DNA from: Octopus bimaculoides
Lineage: Eukaryota
NCBI RefSeq assembly: GCF_001194135.2
Contig: NC_068989.1
Span: forward strand, 52,478,872-52,542,871
DNA: 64,000 bases
Direction of reading: 5' to 3'
A program made the position numbers and the translations under genes. The notes under the pieces are model-generated. The model had not been told where the DNA came from. It made no database searches and saw nothing but the letters and a program-made list of their open reading frames with translations. This document shows, one piece after another, positions 1 through 11,997 of this stretch (position 1 is the stretch's first letter; every line of letters begins with the position of its first letter).

Positions 1-503
1 AACCCCAGAAACAAAGAAGCCTTCACCATCATCACCCAAGACATACCAATGCTACATAAGGATCCCAAATTAAAGGAAATTTTACACACACACAAAATCA
101 TTAAAAGCTACAAACAACCAAAATCACTGAAAAAGATCCTCACAAAGGCAAAATTATTTTCCAAAATAACAGATGCAAAAGGAAAAAATTGTGGTCGTCC
201 AAATTGCGCAACATGCCCAAACATTCTAGAAGGTTCAGAATTCCTCTTCAAAGAGGGACACGAAAACTACATAGGGTCCACAGGATTATCGCTCAGACGC
301 AGATGCACTCTGCATCGACAGCAGATTGCATGCCCAGAATACCGAATGATACCTCTTAGTGAGCATATTCAGAAATGCGCAAGACGAATGCTACCACAAT
401 TTGTAAATCTTTCCTTTCTATCAATGTGCCATTAGAACACCAACACAAATTAGATTAAATAAGGAAACCCTTTTTCAGTCAAAAATACAAACCCAAACTT
501 AAC
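1..503 (+). mobile_element. Penelope-like element (PLE) 3' coding remnant: linker Cys motif plus GIY-YIG endonuclease, degenerate
   Basis: ORF 49-435 contains CGRPNCATC...YIGSTGLSLRRRCTLHRQQI...HIQKC, typical of PLE GIY-YIG (internal deletion around the GIY half). A shifted frame continues to KETL/..QKYKPKLN, like the usual PLE C-terminus. Confidence 0.8.
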
Positions 504-606
504 CATTGCTAACACATTTAAATAAGGAAATTCATCACCCNNNNNNNNNNTTAAATATATACTTTAACCATGTAACACAAGCCTTCTGTAGATTTTTCAC
601 TCTTAT

Positions 607-644
<38 letters not shown>

Positions 645-1419
645 ATATTATTATTAATAAAAAAATAATATTATAAGTGGCTAGCAAGCATAAAAACCAT
701 AATAGTAAATTTATAAATTTATAATTATAATTATAATTACGGGTAACAGATAGTACCAGCGCTACTAGAAATAACATTCGATAAATACTCAAATAACCCG
801 CAATATCTCTGAAAATTCAAGAAGCTGACGAAATCAAGAAGCGAGCAAAGCGCCAACCTACTATTGCGGGTTAAACACGCAAATGAATTTGCAGATATAT
901 CCATTTCACGGGATTTCGAATTCTGATATAGTAATCCTAGCCCTTACCAGTGGACCTCGCTGTCTGAGTTTAATCTAAAACCGGCTACGTCATGATTGTT
1001 AAAATCGTTTAGCCAATAGTGCCAAATTTAAACCTAGTACCCAGAATTATAATTATAAATATAATTAATAATTTATATATGGGTGGGTAATTTGCAGTTT
1101 TATTATAACCTAAAGTGAGATATACATATATACGTTACTAAAGTGAACAGGGGCACTAATCATCACCAGTATTGCTTAAAATAAGAGTCAAAACAACTGA
1201 ATAGACACAAAACGCTCTATGTTAATGAAGTGATAAGGGAAACAAGCCCTCTACGGTCGCAGATTGAGCTAGATCACCGATGATATCGCATTATGATGCT
1301 TAACGCATCTTAATGCTAATCAGTAGATGTCACCGCGCCTAGGGTTGAACACAACTCGCCTTATCAGATTACAAGATCTCTGTTGAAATGCGTGGTTAAT
1401 CAGCACCAGTATTGCTAGA

Positions 1420-1456
<37 letters not shown>

Positions 1457-1580
1457 GATTTTTCATATACACTATCAGAAATAACCGCCGTTGGCCGGGT
1501 TAAGGAAAATAATGAAATATAAAAATGCCTTTTAGATCTCTAATTATCATGAAACATAGAGTACGCATGTCTTGCCTCCT

Positions 1581-1717
1581 AGATACATATATACAGACAG
1601 ACACACAAACACACACAGATGGATAGATAGAAAGATAGATAGACAGACAGATAGACAGACAGATAGATTGATAGAGAGACAGACACATAAACAGATAGAT
1701 AGACAGATATATTGATG

Positions 1718-1768
<51 letters not shown>
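1581..1768 (+). repeat. (GATA)n/(GACA)n tetranucleotide microsatellite
   Basis: Direct reading of agat/agac repeats. Confidence 0.95.
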
Positions 1769-2767
1769 TATAAGCAAACATTATATTTTTAATCCGGAGT
1801 AGTTACGAAGTAATTAAGCAACTCAACGTCCAGAAGTTGCATGCATGCGCCTTATATAAATATATGTAAGTACAATTTTTTCAGTCAATTGACTGCGGCC
1901 ATGCTGGAATACTAACACACATATATACCTTTAGAAATTCTTCTTTATCAGAAATGTTCACAACCGTAATGATGTACACATACGTGTATGTACTCACATA
2001 TATATATATATATATATATATANNNNNNNNNNNNNNNNNNNNNNNNNNNNNNNNNNNNNNNNNNNNNNNNNNNNNNNNNNNNNNNNNNNNNNNNNNNNNN
2101 NNNNNNNNNNNNNNNNNNNNNNNNNNNNNNNNNNNNNNNNNNNNNNNNNNNNNNNNNNNNNNNNNNNNNNNNNNNNNNNNNNNNNNNNNNNNNNNNNNNN
2201 NNNNNNNNNNNNNNNNNNNNNNNNNNNNNNNNNNNNNNNNNNNNNNNNNNNNNNNNNNNNNNNNNNNNNNNNNNNNNNNNNNNNNNNNNNNNNNNNNNNN
2301 NNNNNNNNNNNNNNNNNNNNNNNNNNNNNNNNNNNNNNNNNNNNNNNNNNNNNNNNNNNNNNNNNNNNNNNNNNNNNNNNNNNNNNNNNNNNNNNNNNNN
2401 NNNNNNNNNNNNNNNNNNNNNNNNNNNNNNNNNNNNNNNNNNNNNNNNNNNNNNNNNNNNNNNNNNNNNNNNNNNNNNNNNNNNNNNNNNNNNNNNNNNN
2501 NNNNNNNNNNNNNNNNNNNNNNNNNNNNNNNNNNNNNNNNNNNNNNNNNNNNNNNNNNNNNNNNNNNNNNNNNNNNNNNNNNNNNNNNNNNNNNNNNNNN
2601 NNNNNNNNNNNNNNNNNNNNNNNNNNNNNNNNNNNNNNNNNNNNNNNNNNNNNNNNNNNNNNNNNNNNNNNNNNNNNNNNNNNNNNNNNNNNNNNNNNNN
2701 NNNNNNNNNNNNNNNNNNNNNNNNNNNNNNNNNNNNNNNNNNNNNNNNNNNNNNNNNNNNNNNNATA

Positions 2768-4050
2768 CAGGGTGGGGAAGCAAAATTTACAATATTTTGA
2801 GGCAGGGATTGAAAGACAGTGTATGACCAATTAGTTTATTGAAAGTCATGAGAATTTATTTGCCACAAGAAACTTTACATGATAGAAAATATTTTTATTC
2901 TATGTGTCCTTTCTCAATAACTGCCTTCACACGCTTCTTGAAACTTGTACAAGTATTCCTTAAATATTCGGGAGACAACTTCTCCCATTCTTCTTTAATA
3001 GTATCTTTAAGAAAGTCGACATTGCTGTGTGATGTTCTATTGGTAGCATGTTCTAAAACGACCCAAATAACATAATCCAGAGGATTTAGATCTGGGCTAG
3101 AAGATCGCCATAAACATGATTCCAAAAAATTGCTAAAGTTGGATTTGCAGAAATCTTGTATTTTTCTAGCTGTGTGGAATGGAGCACCATCCTGTGTCCA
3201 TACATAATTACCATCTGGGTAGTTTGCTTTAAGCCATGGCAATACCTGGTGTCTCAGAGTCATGTAGAAAGTATTAACATTGATCTTTTCATCAGCTCTG
3301 TAGAATTTTATAGGCATTTTCTTTCCATCAGAAGCCAGAACACCAAAGCCATAACTTGAGCAGGATGTTTTGTTTTGAATGTCCCCTTAACCTCAGCTGT
3401 TGATTTTGCGATAAATCTGTCCTTTTTGCAGTTCAGAACAGCATCGACAGTGAAGAGCTCTTCGTCTGAAAAGATCGTTACAATGGAGGACTTTTTCTTG
3501 AACCATGTAATAATTTTCTTGCACCTTTCCAATCTATTTTCCTTCATAGTTGTTGTCAACAAGTGTTTTGGTGTTATTGTGTAAGATTTTAACTTCAAAT
3601 CATATTTTATTGCATTTTTAATGGTCTTGTTGTCTACCTCAAGTTCAATTGCCATTTTTCTCATGGATTTAGTTGGATCCTTTAGGATTTTGGATTTGAG
3701 ACCTATAATAAAAGCTTTGGTACATTTTTTGTTGATTCCTCCACTTTCAGACTTCCTCTAAATAGTTTTGCTCATAGCCATTCTATTCTTTACATTATAA
3801 ACAGTCTTTATGGACACTCCAACTATTCTTGAAATATCCTTTGGTGTGACGAGTGCATTCAGCAAATCACACACCCTTTGACATTTGCTTTCCTGATTAC
3901 TCATATGGGCAAAAGTTTCTGAAAAGGTAAGGATAATAGCGTCAGGTATGATCCTGACATCAATATATGCTAGGTTTCAAAACAATTGACTTAGTGCCTG
4001 CTGAGAAAAAACAACTTAACGTTCATTGTAAATTCTGCTTCCCCACCCTG
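2768..4050 (-). mobile_element. Full-length Tc1/mariner element, DD37D (maT-type) family
   Basis: 26-bp TIRs CAGGGTGGGGAAGCAAAATTTACAAT (2768-2793) and ATTGTAAATTCTGCTTCCCCACCCTG (4025-4050) with 1 mismatch; TA on both sides (2766-67, 4051-52); 1283 bp. Confidence 0.93.
2895..3904 (-). pseudogene. DD37D transposase pseudogene
   Basis: ATG at 3904 (MSNQESKCQRV...), in-frame TAG at 3758-3760, and a frameshift near 3310-3330. Catalytic motifs TIFSDEE, WTQDGAP and SPDLNPLDY, with 37 residues between the second and third D. Confidence 0.9.
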
Positions 4051-4413
4051 TAAGTATATATATATATTACATACATATAATAGGGATCGTCCTTATTATT
4101 GAAATTTATATATATATATATATATATATNNNNNNNNNNNNNNNNNNNNNNNNNNNNNNNNNNNNNNNNNNNNNNNNNNNNNNNNNNNNNNNNNNNNNNN
4201 NNNNNNNNNNNNNNNNNNNNNNNNNNNNNNNNNNNNNNNNNNNNNNNNNNNNNNNNNNNNNNNNNNNNNNNNNNNNNNNNNNNNNNNNNNNNNNNNNNNN
4301 NNNNNNNNNNNNNNNNNNNNNNNNNNNNNNNNNNNNNNNNNNNNNNNNNNNNNNNNNNNNNNNNNNNNNNNNNNNNNNNNNNNNNNNNNNNNNNNNNNNN
4401 NNNNNNNNNNNNN

Positions 4414-4690
4414 AGTATTATTGGACGCTCAGGAAAGGAAAGAGAGAGTGTATGACGTTTCGGGCGTAGCCCTTCGTCGGAAAGATGGAAAGTTCGGAGA
4501 ATGGAAGAACGGAGAAAGAGGAAAATGGTACCGATGCCCACGAGGTTACATGATGAAAAGACCGGAAGAGGAGGTGGTGGGGGAAAAGTTCTTTCTAAGA
4601 TAGGAGAGTGAAAAAGGGAGATGAATATCGGTGCGCGTGCGAAAGTCTGCGAGTGTGTATAGCGAGAGAGAGAGAGAGATGTTAATATTT
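4414..4690 (-). mobile_element. PLE-type terminal (pLTR-like) fragment with hammerhead-like motif at 4454-4485
   Basis: Minus strand TCTTT-CCGACGA-A-GGGC-TAC-GCCC-GAAACGTC; the flank resembles the termini at 39741-40200 and 50077-50170. Confidence 0.55.
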
Positions 4691-5124
4691 CTAAGTCTCT
4701 CTAAAAGAGACTACGGCAGCGGTACTGGATATTAATAATTATCGCCAATCCAACATGGCAGTCCCAAATATAGCACTTAGTACTACTATTTACACAATGA
4801 AAACCTCGAGATGAGAAATATATCACTTTAAGAATGAGCCTCGAAATGGTGAGAGCTATATGTTCCCAATTGATATAGCTCAGAATAATAGCACGTTTTA
4901 CATTATGTTAACAAAAAATTACTTGGGATGCAAAAAAAAAAGAGGTAAAAGTCGACCCTCGAAATACAAATTTAGAATATTCCATATCGAACATTTTCTA
5001 TCCAAGAGGTTTTTAACCCAATACATTCCATACTATTATTTTGAGCTGTATCTATTAGTAGTGCACCAAAGATTGCTATCAATATACTAATATTACTACT
5101 GCCATCACTGCTGCTGCTATTATT

Positions 5125-5305
<181 letters not shown>

Positions 5306-6594
5306 CAGAAGATAAAAACTCATTAGTGCGCCTCAAAGATCTCTAAACTTTACTTAATAATCAAATTTGTTTCTTTATGCAGGAAAGTTGNNNNNNNNNN
5401 NNNNNNNNNNNNNNNNNNNNNNNNNNNNNNNNNNNNNNNNNNNNNNNNNNNNNNNNNNNNNNNNNNNNNNNNNNNNNNNNNNNNNNNNNNNNNNNNNNNN
5501 NNNNNNNNNNNNNNNNNNNNNNNNNNNNNNNNNNNNNNNNNNNNNNNNNNNNNNNNNNNNNNNNNNNNNNNNNNNNNNNNNNNNNNNNNNNNNNNNNNNN
5601 NNNNNNNNNNNNNNNNNNNNNNNNNNNNNNNNNNNNNNNNNNNNNNNNNNNNNNNNNNNNNNNNNNNNNNNNNNNNNNNNNNNNNNNNNNNNNNNNNNNN
5701 NNNNNNNNNNNNNNNNNNNNNNNNNNNNNNNNNNNNNNNNNNNNNNNNNNNNNNNNNNNNNNNNNNNNNNNNNNNNNNNNNNNNNNNNNNNNNNNNNNNN
5801 NNNNNNNNNNNNNNNNNNNNNNNNNNNNNNNNNNNNNNNNNNNNNNNNNNNNNNNNNNNNNNNNNNNNNNNNNNNNNNNNNNNNNNNNNNNNNNNNNNNN
5901 NNNNNNNNNNNNNNNNNNNNNNNNNNNNNNNNNNNNNNNNNNNNNNNNNNNNNNNNNNNNNNNNNNNNNNNNNNNNNNNNNNNNNNNNNNNNNNNNNNNN
6001 ATATATATATATATATATATAAGAGTGATACAAAAGGAGGAGAAAAGAGACTGATAAAACGCTATCGAGAATGGTGGAGTGAATAATATAGTCGGTTACA
6101 TTGACAGACAAATATAGAGGGTTGGAATGAAAACAGAGTGTAAGTGTGAGAGGAAGGGGAATAGAGTTAGTGCTAAAGAAAGATAGGGAGACAAAGAGAC
6201 GTTGGTAAAACGCATATATTTACATACAGTCTACTTCCCCCCATACACACACGTATACATACATACATAAATACATACATATGAATGTGTGTATATATAT
6301 ATATATATACATATTTACAATGCCGTGTGAATGGTTGTATGTCTACAAAGATGTATATGTATGTATGTGAAGACGCTACATGTATTCTAGCCTGAACTGA
6401 AAACTAGCTTGCACTGTCTACTAATGTAATAATGAATGCAGGTAATTCTAAGTGAGAAAATGAATCTATTGAAAGATAAGAATATTAAACAATTGCCCTT
6501 CTTTTAAAACTTCTGTATAGATTATATCATTCAAAAGATTGTATCAAATGTCTTCATTATAAGCATTGCCATATTAACACTAGACATTGGCATA

Positions 6595-6596
<2 letters not shown>

Positions 6597-6686
<90 letters not shown>
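6597..6686 (+). repeat. (TATC)n followed by (TA)n
   Basis: Direct reading. Confidence 0.95.
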
Positions 6687-6691
<5 letters not shown>

Positions 6692-7303
6692 TCTGATACG
6701 ATGAAATTACCTAAACATGTCAGGCATACTTGACAGGCTCCCGCAAATAATGGACGATATTATTTGAAATTCAAAGGAATTTAATATAACCATCTAGATG
6801 ACTGAAAACGTAGTTTACCTGATCGAATGGCTTTCTGAATTCACGTATCAAATGACTCTATGTTCAACGTTGCTTTTTGTCTCCTTAAGTGGTAATTCAA
6901 TGTACGCTGTTGCTCTGTCTGAATTCAGCTGTTTACATCTATATCTCTGTAAAGTGGCATTTGTATTTCTTCAAGCCGAATTTAGAAAACAAATTTCTAC
7001 TAATTTTTATTTATTTATCTGCACGGTGTTTCATTACTGCAATCAATCGAGATATTTAGTTGAATACTTTACCTTTCACTTGAGCAGTTAAAAACCTTTT
7101 GGTTATTGAACACATTTAAGGATCCATTTTCATCTACATTACTCTGAATGTTTCCAAAGTAAGAAGAACACTATCAATAAGAAACAACATCACGCTATAA
7201 ATAAGCGTTCAATTCATTCCTTTTAAACAATTATTTATTTGCCTTGTAACGGCATCGTTGAATTCCTCTTTTCTAGATTTAATATAAAAATATATACTCT
7301 TCA

Positions 7304-7627
7304 GTGAAGGCGCATAGCTTACTGATTAGGGTATTCGGTTTACAGTTGTAAGGTCGTGAGTTCAATATCCGGTGATGCGTTGTGCCCTTGAGCAAGATAC
7401 TTTATTTCACGTTGCTCCAGTTCATTCAGATGGAAAAAATGAATAGTAGCTGTATTTCAAATGGGCCAGCCTTGTCACTTTCTGTGTCAAACTGAATTTC
7501 CCTGAGAACTGCATTAAGTGTACACATGTCTGTTGAGTGCTCAGTCACTCGCACGTTAATTTGATGAGCAGGCTGTCCTGTTTATGAGATCAACAAGAAC
7601 CGACATCGTCGTAACCGACGGAGCGCC
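7304..7627 (+). mobile_element. tRNA-derived SINE (head/core A + tail X)
   Basis: tRNA-like head with a B box (GTGAGTTCAATATCC), core TTGTGCCCTTGAGCAAGATACTTT, and a tail ending GTCGTAACCGACGGAGCGCC that is shared with 18504-18872 and 13818-13992. Confidence 0.85.
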
Positions 7628-7809
7628 AGTATTTAGTTTTATAGATGATATTTCATAAGCATCTTTTATTTGTTTGGAGAAATTTAAGATGGCTTCTACT
7701 AGAAGCCATCATCAATTGCCCTAAAAACTCTTACACTGTTGTTGCATCTGATATGATGTACGTTTCCTACGCACATATGCAACTTATGAGCATGAGATAT
7801 AAGTGAAGA

Positions 7810-7811
<2 letters not shown>

Positions 7812-7869
<58 letters not shown>

Positions 7870-8180
7870 TGTATGTATGTATATGTAAATCATCTACATT
7901 TATGTAGTTAAATTTAACTTCTGTACATTCAGGCATGGAGAGTCGTTTCACTACAAGGTAAGATACTTTTCTTATAGATGATATTAGAAGTGCGTGTCTA
8001 TGTAGGGAATATTTTCTTTCAGGAAACGTTCGCAGCCTATAGTTTTTCCATGCTTGAATGCATACGAACAACATGCTAACTAACCATATTTCATTCAACA
8101 CTGTTTTGTGCACCTCAAATAGTTGTGTGTGTACGTTTGTGTGAGTGTGTGTGTGTGTGTTTGTCTCTGTGTGTGTGTGT

Positions 8181-8243
<63 letters not shown>
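7812..8243 (+). repeat. (TA)n at 7812-7866 and (TG)n at about 8126-8243
   Basis: Direct reading. Confidence 0.9.
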
Positions 8244-8247
<4 letters not shown>

Positions 8248-9950
8248 GAGTATGTTGTGGGGTACTTTGTTTTATATTTTCTATAGTAACAATGGTTTTG
8301 TCTCTATTATACATTTTGTCCTTAATTTATGATCTCTTGAGACAGGAGAAACATATTCAACTATCAGAAGGCTGGAACTCCAGACGGCGGGTACGTTCAA
8401 AAGGTTCACCGCAGAACACTCACTTAGTCTGTCATTCTGTCTGTTCTGACAACCTACTATTCTTATATTCATAATATAAGAGTGAGCTAATACATATGAG
8501 CACAAACATAATGTAATCCGTACACACAAAAGCTGCTTCATGTCAATATAACTCACAGATATACGTTCGCTATCTCATACATAAAACATAATTGTATTTA
8601 CACATAAGCACGCTCATTCTCTTTTGGAAGTGAAAAAATACGACTTACTATTTACAAAATATTGATTATTACTTCCAGACGCATATATATATANNNNNNN
8701 NNNNNNNNNNNNNNNNNNNNNNNNNNNNNNNNNNNNNNNNNNNNNNNNNNNNNNNNNNNNNNNNNNNNNNNNNNNNNNNNNNNNNNNNNNNNNNNNNNNN
8801 NNNNNNNNNNNNNNNNNNNNNNNNNNNNNNNNNNNNNNNNNNNNNNNNNNNNNNNNNNNNNNNNNNNNNNNNNNNNNNNNNNNNNNNNNNNNNNNNNNNN
8901 NNNNNNNNNNNNNNNNNNNNNNNNNNNNNNNNNNNNNNNNNNNNNNNNNNNNNNNNNNNNNNNNNNNNNNNNNNNNNNNNNNNNNNNNNNNNNNNNNNNN
9001 NNNNNNNNNNNNNNNNNNNNNNNNNNNNNNNNNNNNNNNNNNNNNNNNNNNNNNNNNNNNNNNNNNNNNNNNNNNNNNNNNNNNNNNNNNNNNNNNNNNN
9101 NNNNNNNNNNNNNNNNNNNNNNNNNNNNNNNNNNNNNNNNNNNNNNNNNNNNNNNNNNNNNNNNNNNNNNNNNNNNNNNNNNNNNNNNNNNNNNNNNNNN
9201 NNNNNNNNNNNNNNNNNNNNNNNNNNNNNNNNNNNNNNNNNNNNNNNNNNNNNNNNNNNNNNNNNNNNNNNNNNNNNNNNNNNNNNNNNNNNNNNNNNNN
9301 NNNNNNNNNNNNNNNNNNNNNNNNNNNNNNNNNNNNNNNNNNNNNNNNNNNNNNNNNNNNNNNNNNNNNNNNNNNNNNNNNNNNNNNNNNNNNNNNNNNN
9401 NNNNNNNNNNNNNNNNNNNNNNNNNNNNNNNNNNNNNNNNNNNNNNNNNNNTATAAGTACATTTATATGTGTGTGTGTGTGTGCGCGCGCCTTCACGCGT
9501 GCGTGCGTGCGTGTCTTTGTAGGGGAACAGCTTTTCCTTTAAACAGGCATCAAAAATACTTTTGTATTCTAGTCTTCTGATTTACTCTTTTTTTTTTCAT
9601 TCGCAATTCCATGTAAGTTACTTAAAAGTTGTTTGGAAATGTAATATCCTTAAATCTACAATCGACTTATATCTATATCTCGGCAGCCTCATTTTGTGTA
9701 TAATAGATATTGGGGGGCTATTTGTGGCGGGTTCGGTGCTGGTAGTGATGTTACTACAATCATTTGAATTTTGCGCCTTAGCCTATTCCTTCAGAATTGG
9801 AGTGGGTAATTGTTTCTTACATGGCTAGTGAGCTGACATTGCTTGCGTGATTAGTCGTCGATTTTTATTTTTTCGAGAATAGAGCATAGATATAATTTCT
9901 ACAACTCTTTCTTTCTCTCGCTTTGTGAAATATTCTATGATATTTACTAA

Positions 9951-10245
9951 AGATCCCCTTCGGTTATGAATGTCTATGGGATTGCACCTACAAGTTTCCC
10001 CTCCAAAGCACAAGTCCACACAAGGTGGTTCTTGAAAGACCACCAGTTGCCCATGGGTACCAGCCTTCCTTCTCCACGCTACCGATGCTGCCCAAGGGAA
10101 AGGCAAAGGCCGAGTGAACTGCTGAGTGAACTGCTGCAACGTAAAATAAAATGTCTTACTCAAGCACCCAACACACAGCCTGGTCCGAGAATCGAACTCA
10201 CTACGTTTTGATTTTGAGCCCGACGCTCAATCCCTAAGCCATGTG
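9951..10245 (-). mobile_element. tRNA-derived SINE (head/core A + tail Y)
   Basis: Minus strand has a B box GAGTTCGATTCTC, core GTGCTTGAGTAAGACATTTT, and a tail ending TAGGTGCAATCCCATAGACATTCATAACCGAAGGGG. Confidence 0.8.
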
Positions 10246-10463
10246 CTTGAAAGACCACCAGTTGCCCATGAGTACCAGCCTTCCTTCTCCATGCCACCGA
10301 TGTAGCCCAATGGAAAGGCAAAGTACGATGCAGTTTGGCACCAGTGACGTCGCAACTCATTTCTACAGATGAGTGAACTAGAGCAGCGTAGAAAAAAGTG
10401 CCGAGCTCACTACCTCATTATTGTGAGCCCGATGCTGTAACCACTAAGCCATGGGCCATCACA
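10246..10463 (-). mobile_element. Second, tail-truncated copy of the same SINE in tandem
   Basis: 10246-10323 is nearly identical to 10031-10108; head remnant at 10410-10460. Confidence 0.8.
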
Positions 10464-11435
10464 TATTCTAATATATTGTACGTTACAAAATATCGATTCG
10501 GGCTATAAAACTTGCACTTATATCGGCAATATAACAACTGGAGTAACAACATAACAGTTTAATAACAAAATTCATAAATTGTGTTGGGTGCTCGTAGCTT
10601 TTCTGACTGACTTTGGATCTCATTATTTTTAATATTGACTAATTTGAGTTATTTTGTTAGTGTACGTTTGTAAAAGATTGGTTATTATATGTCTTGTATT
10701 TTTTCTACTTCATTCTTGATAATGGGTTCATCTTTTATAATAATAATTATTCATTAGATACATACAATTAAATTTATAAATTTATGAACCACATTATGTA
10801 TTTGCAGACTTCCAGACATGTCGGCTTGTTATTTTTAAGAATACTTAATTTGTGTGTTTTTATATTATCTTAATACTGGGCGGTTATAATTGCGATGTAA
10901 TATATACTGCAGTCTCAGTTTTTTAGCATGGCTTTATTTTTTTTTAAACTACTTATTCATTTGATAATTGGTAGGCACGACTAATATATAAACTGCAATG
11001 ACTGCTTCCAGAATTCTATATTCAGGTGTTGATATTTTTTAAAATACTAAATTGGTTCGTTTTTATATTATCAAGTATATTATTATTAACTGAAATTCTA
11101 GTTTTGGAGTTTAGATTACCTCTTCATATTTTCATACTAAGCTTTTTTCCACAAGCAATACACGTTATAACGTGTGTGGTTATTGGTAATATAAGTTATA
11201 TCAGCTGTATTACACTTTTAGCGTTTCTTTACTGTTTTATGGTTCGGTCTAAAATATATTTGAATACGTGCTGTTCTTTAGTGTTTGATCATTTCTTAGC
11301 AGTTTCTTTGGTGTAGCGTAACTAAGTATGCTTCTATGTAAATTTTTCAAGACTTAAATTTCTTTTACCCGTACGAACATTCATTGCCTTCATGAAAAAA
11401 CACAAATTTACTAAGTCGTATTGTGTAGACATACG

Positions 11436-11436
<1 letters not shown>

Positions 11437-11509
<73 letters not shown>
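11437..11509 (+). repeat. (CA)n microsatellite
   Basis: Direct reading. Confidence 0.95.
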
Positions 11510-11962
11510 GTGTGTGTATATAATGGTAAAATAACCCCGGCTGAATTAGAAATGAAAAGACAGAAACAACGTTTTTAGTCCAGCAGTTTAGAACTTTTGG
11601 GAAAACATTGGCCATACGAAATACAAATAAATTGGTTCTTTCTGTTTATAAACAAAATGTCTATATTTACAGAGGAATGCGGGAGGTGTTAACATCATTG
11701 AATTTCCCAAAAGTAATGTTGGCATAAGTGAAGTGAATGCACTTCATCTGGGAATTAACACCGCACAGCATTGTCAGGTTGCCACGAAGTTAATTTAGTT
11801 TCTCCATCTCAGAAGAATTCTAACGTTATGTAACTGTAATACAGAATATTAGTGTATCGAGATAGCCGACATTGGTTTCAGACGAGGAAGAATAAAACAT
11901 TTCTGTTAAGACACTAGTTTTCCTACCAAGAAAGAATTATATATCGACATAAACATATATAT

Positions 11963-11997
<35 letters not shown>

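Noticed and set aside
7304-7375. tRNA genes at SINE heads (also about 18800-18872, 45009-45090, 59403-59475)
   Set aside because: A/B-box-like motifs are present, but there is no complete cloverleaf and each continues into a SINE body.
11026-11316. Assignment as nAChR-like chemotactile receptor or GPCR
   Set aside because: The motif resemblance (ITLLAF; DHFLAV) is short and spacing to the other helices does not fit; kept only as a low-interest unexplained region.
11673-11712. Possible 40-nt exon (AG...GTAATG; RNAGGVNIIEFPK)
   Set aside because: Weak polypyrimidine tract, no partner exons and no recognisable protein; expected by chance.
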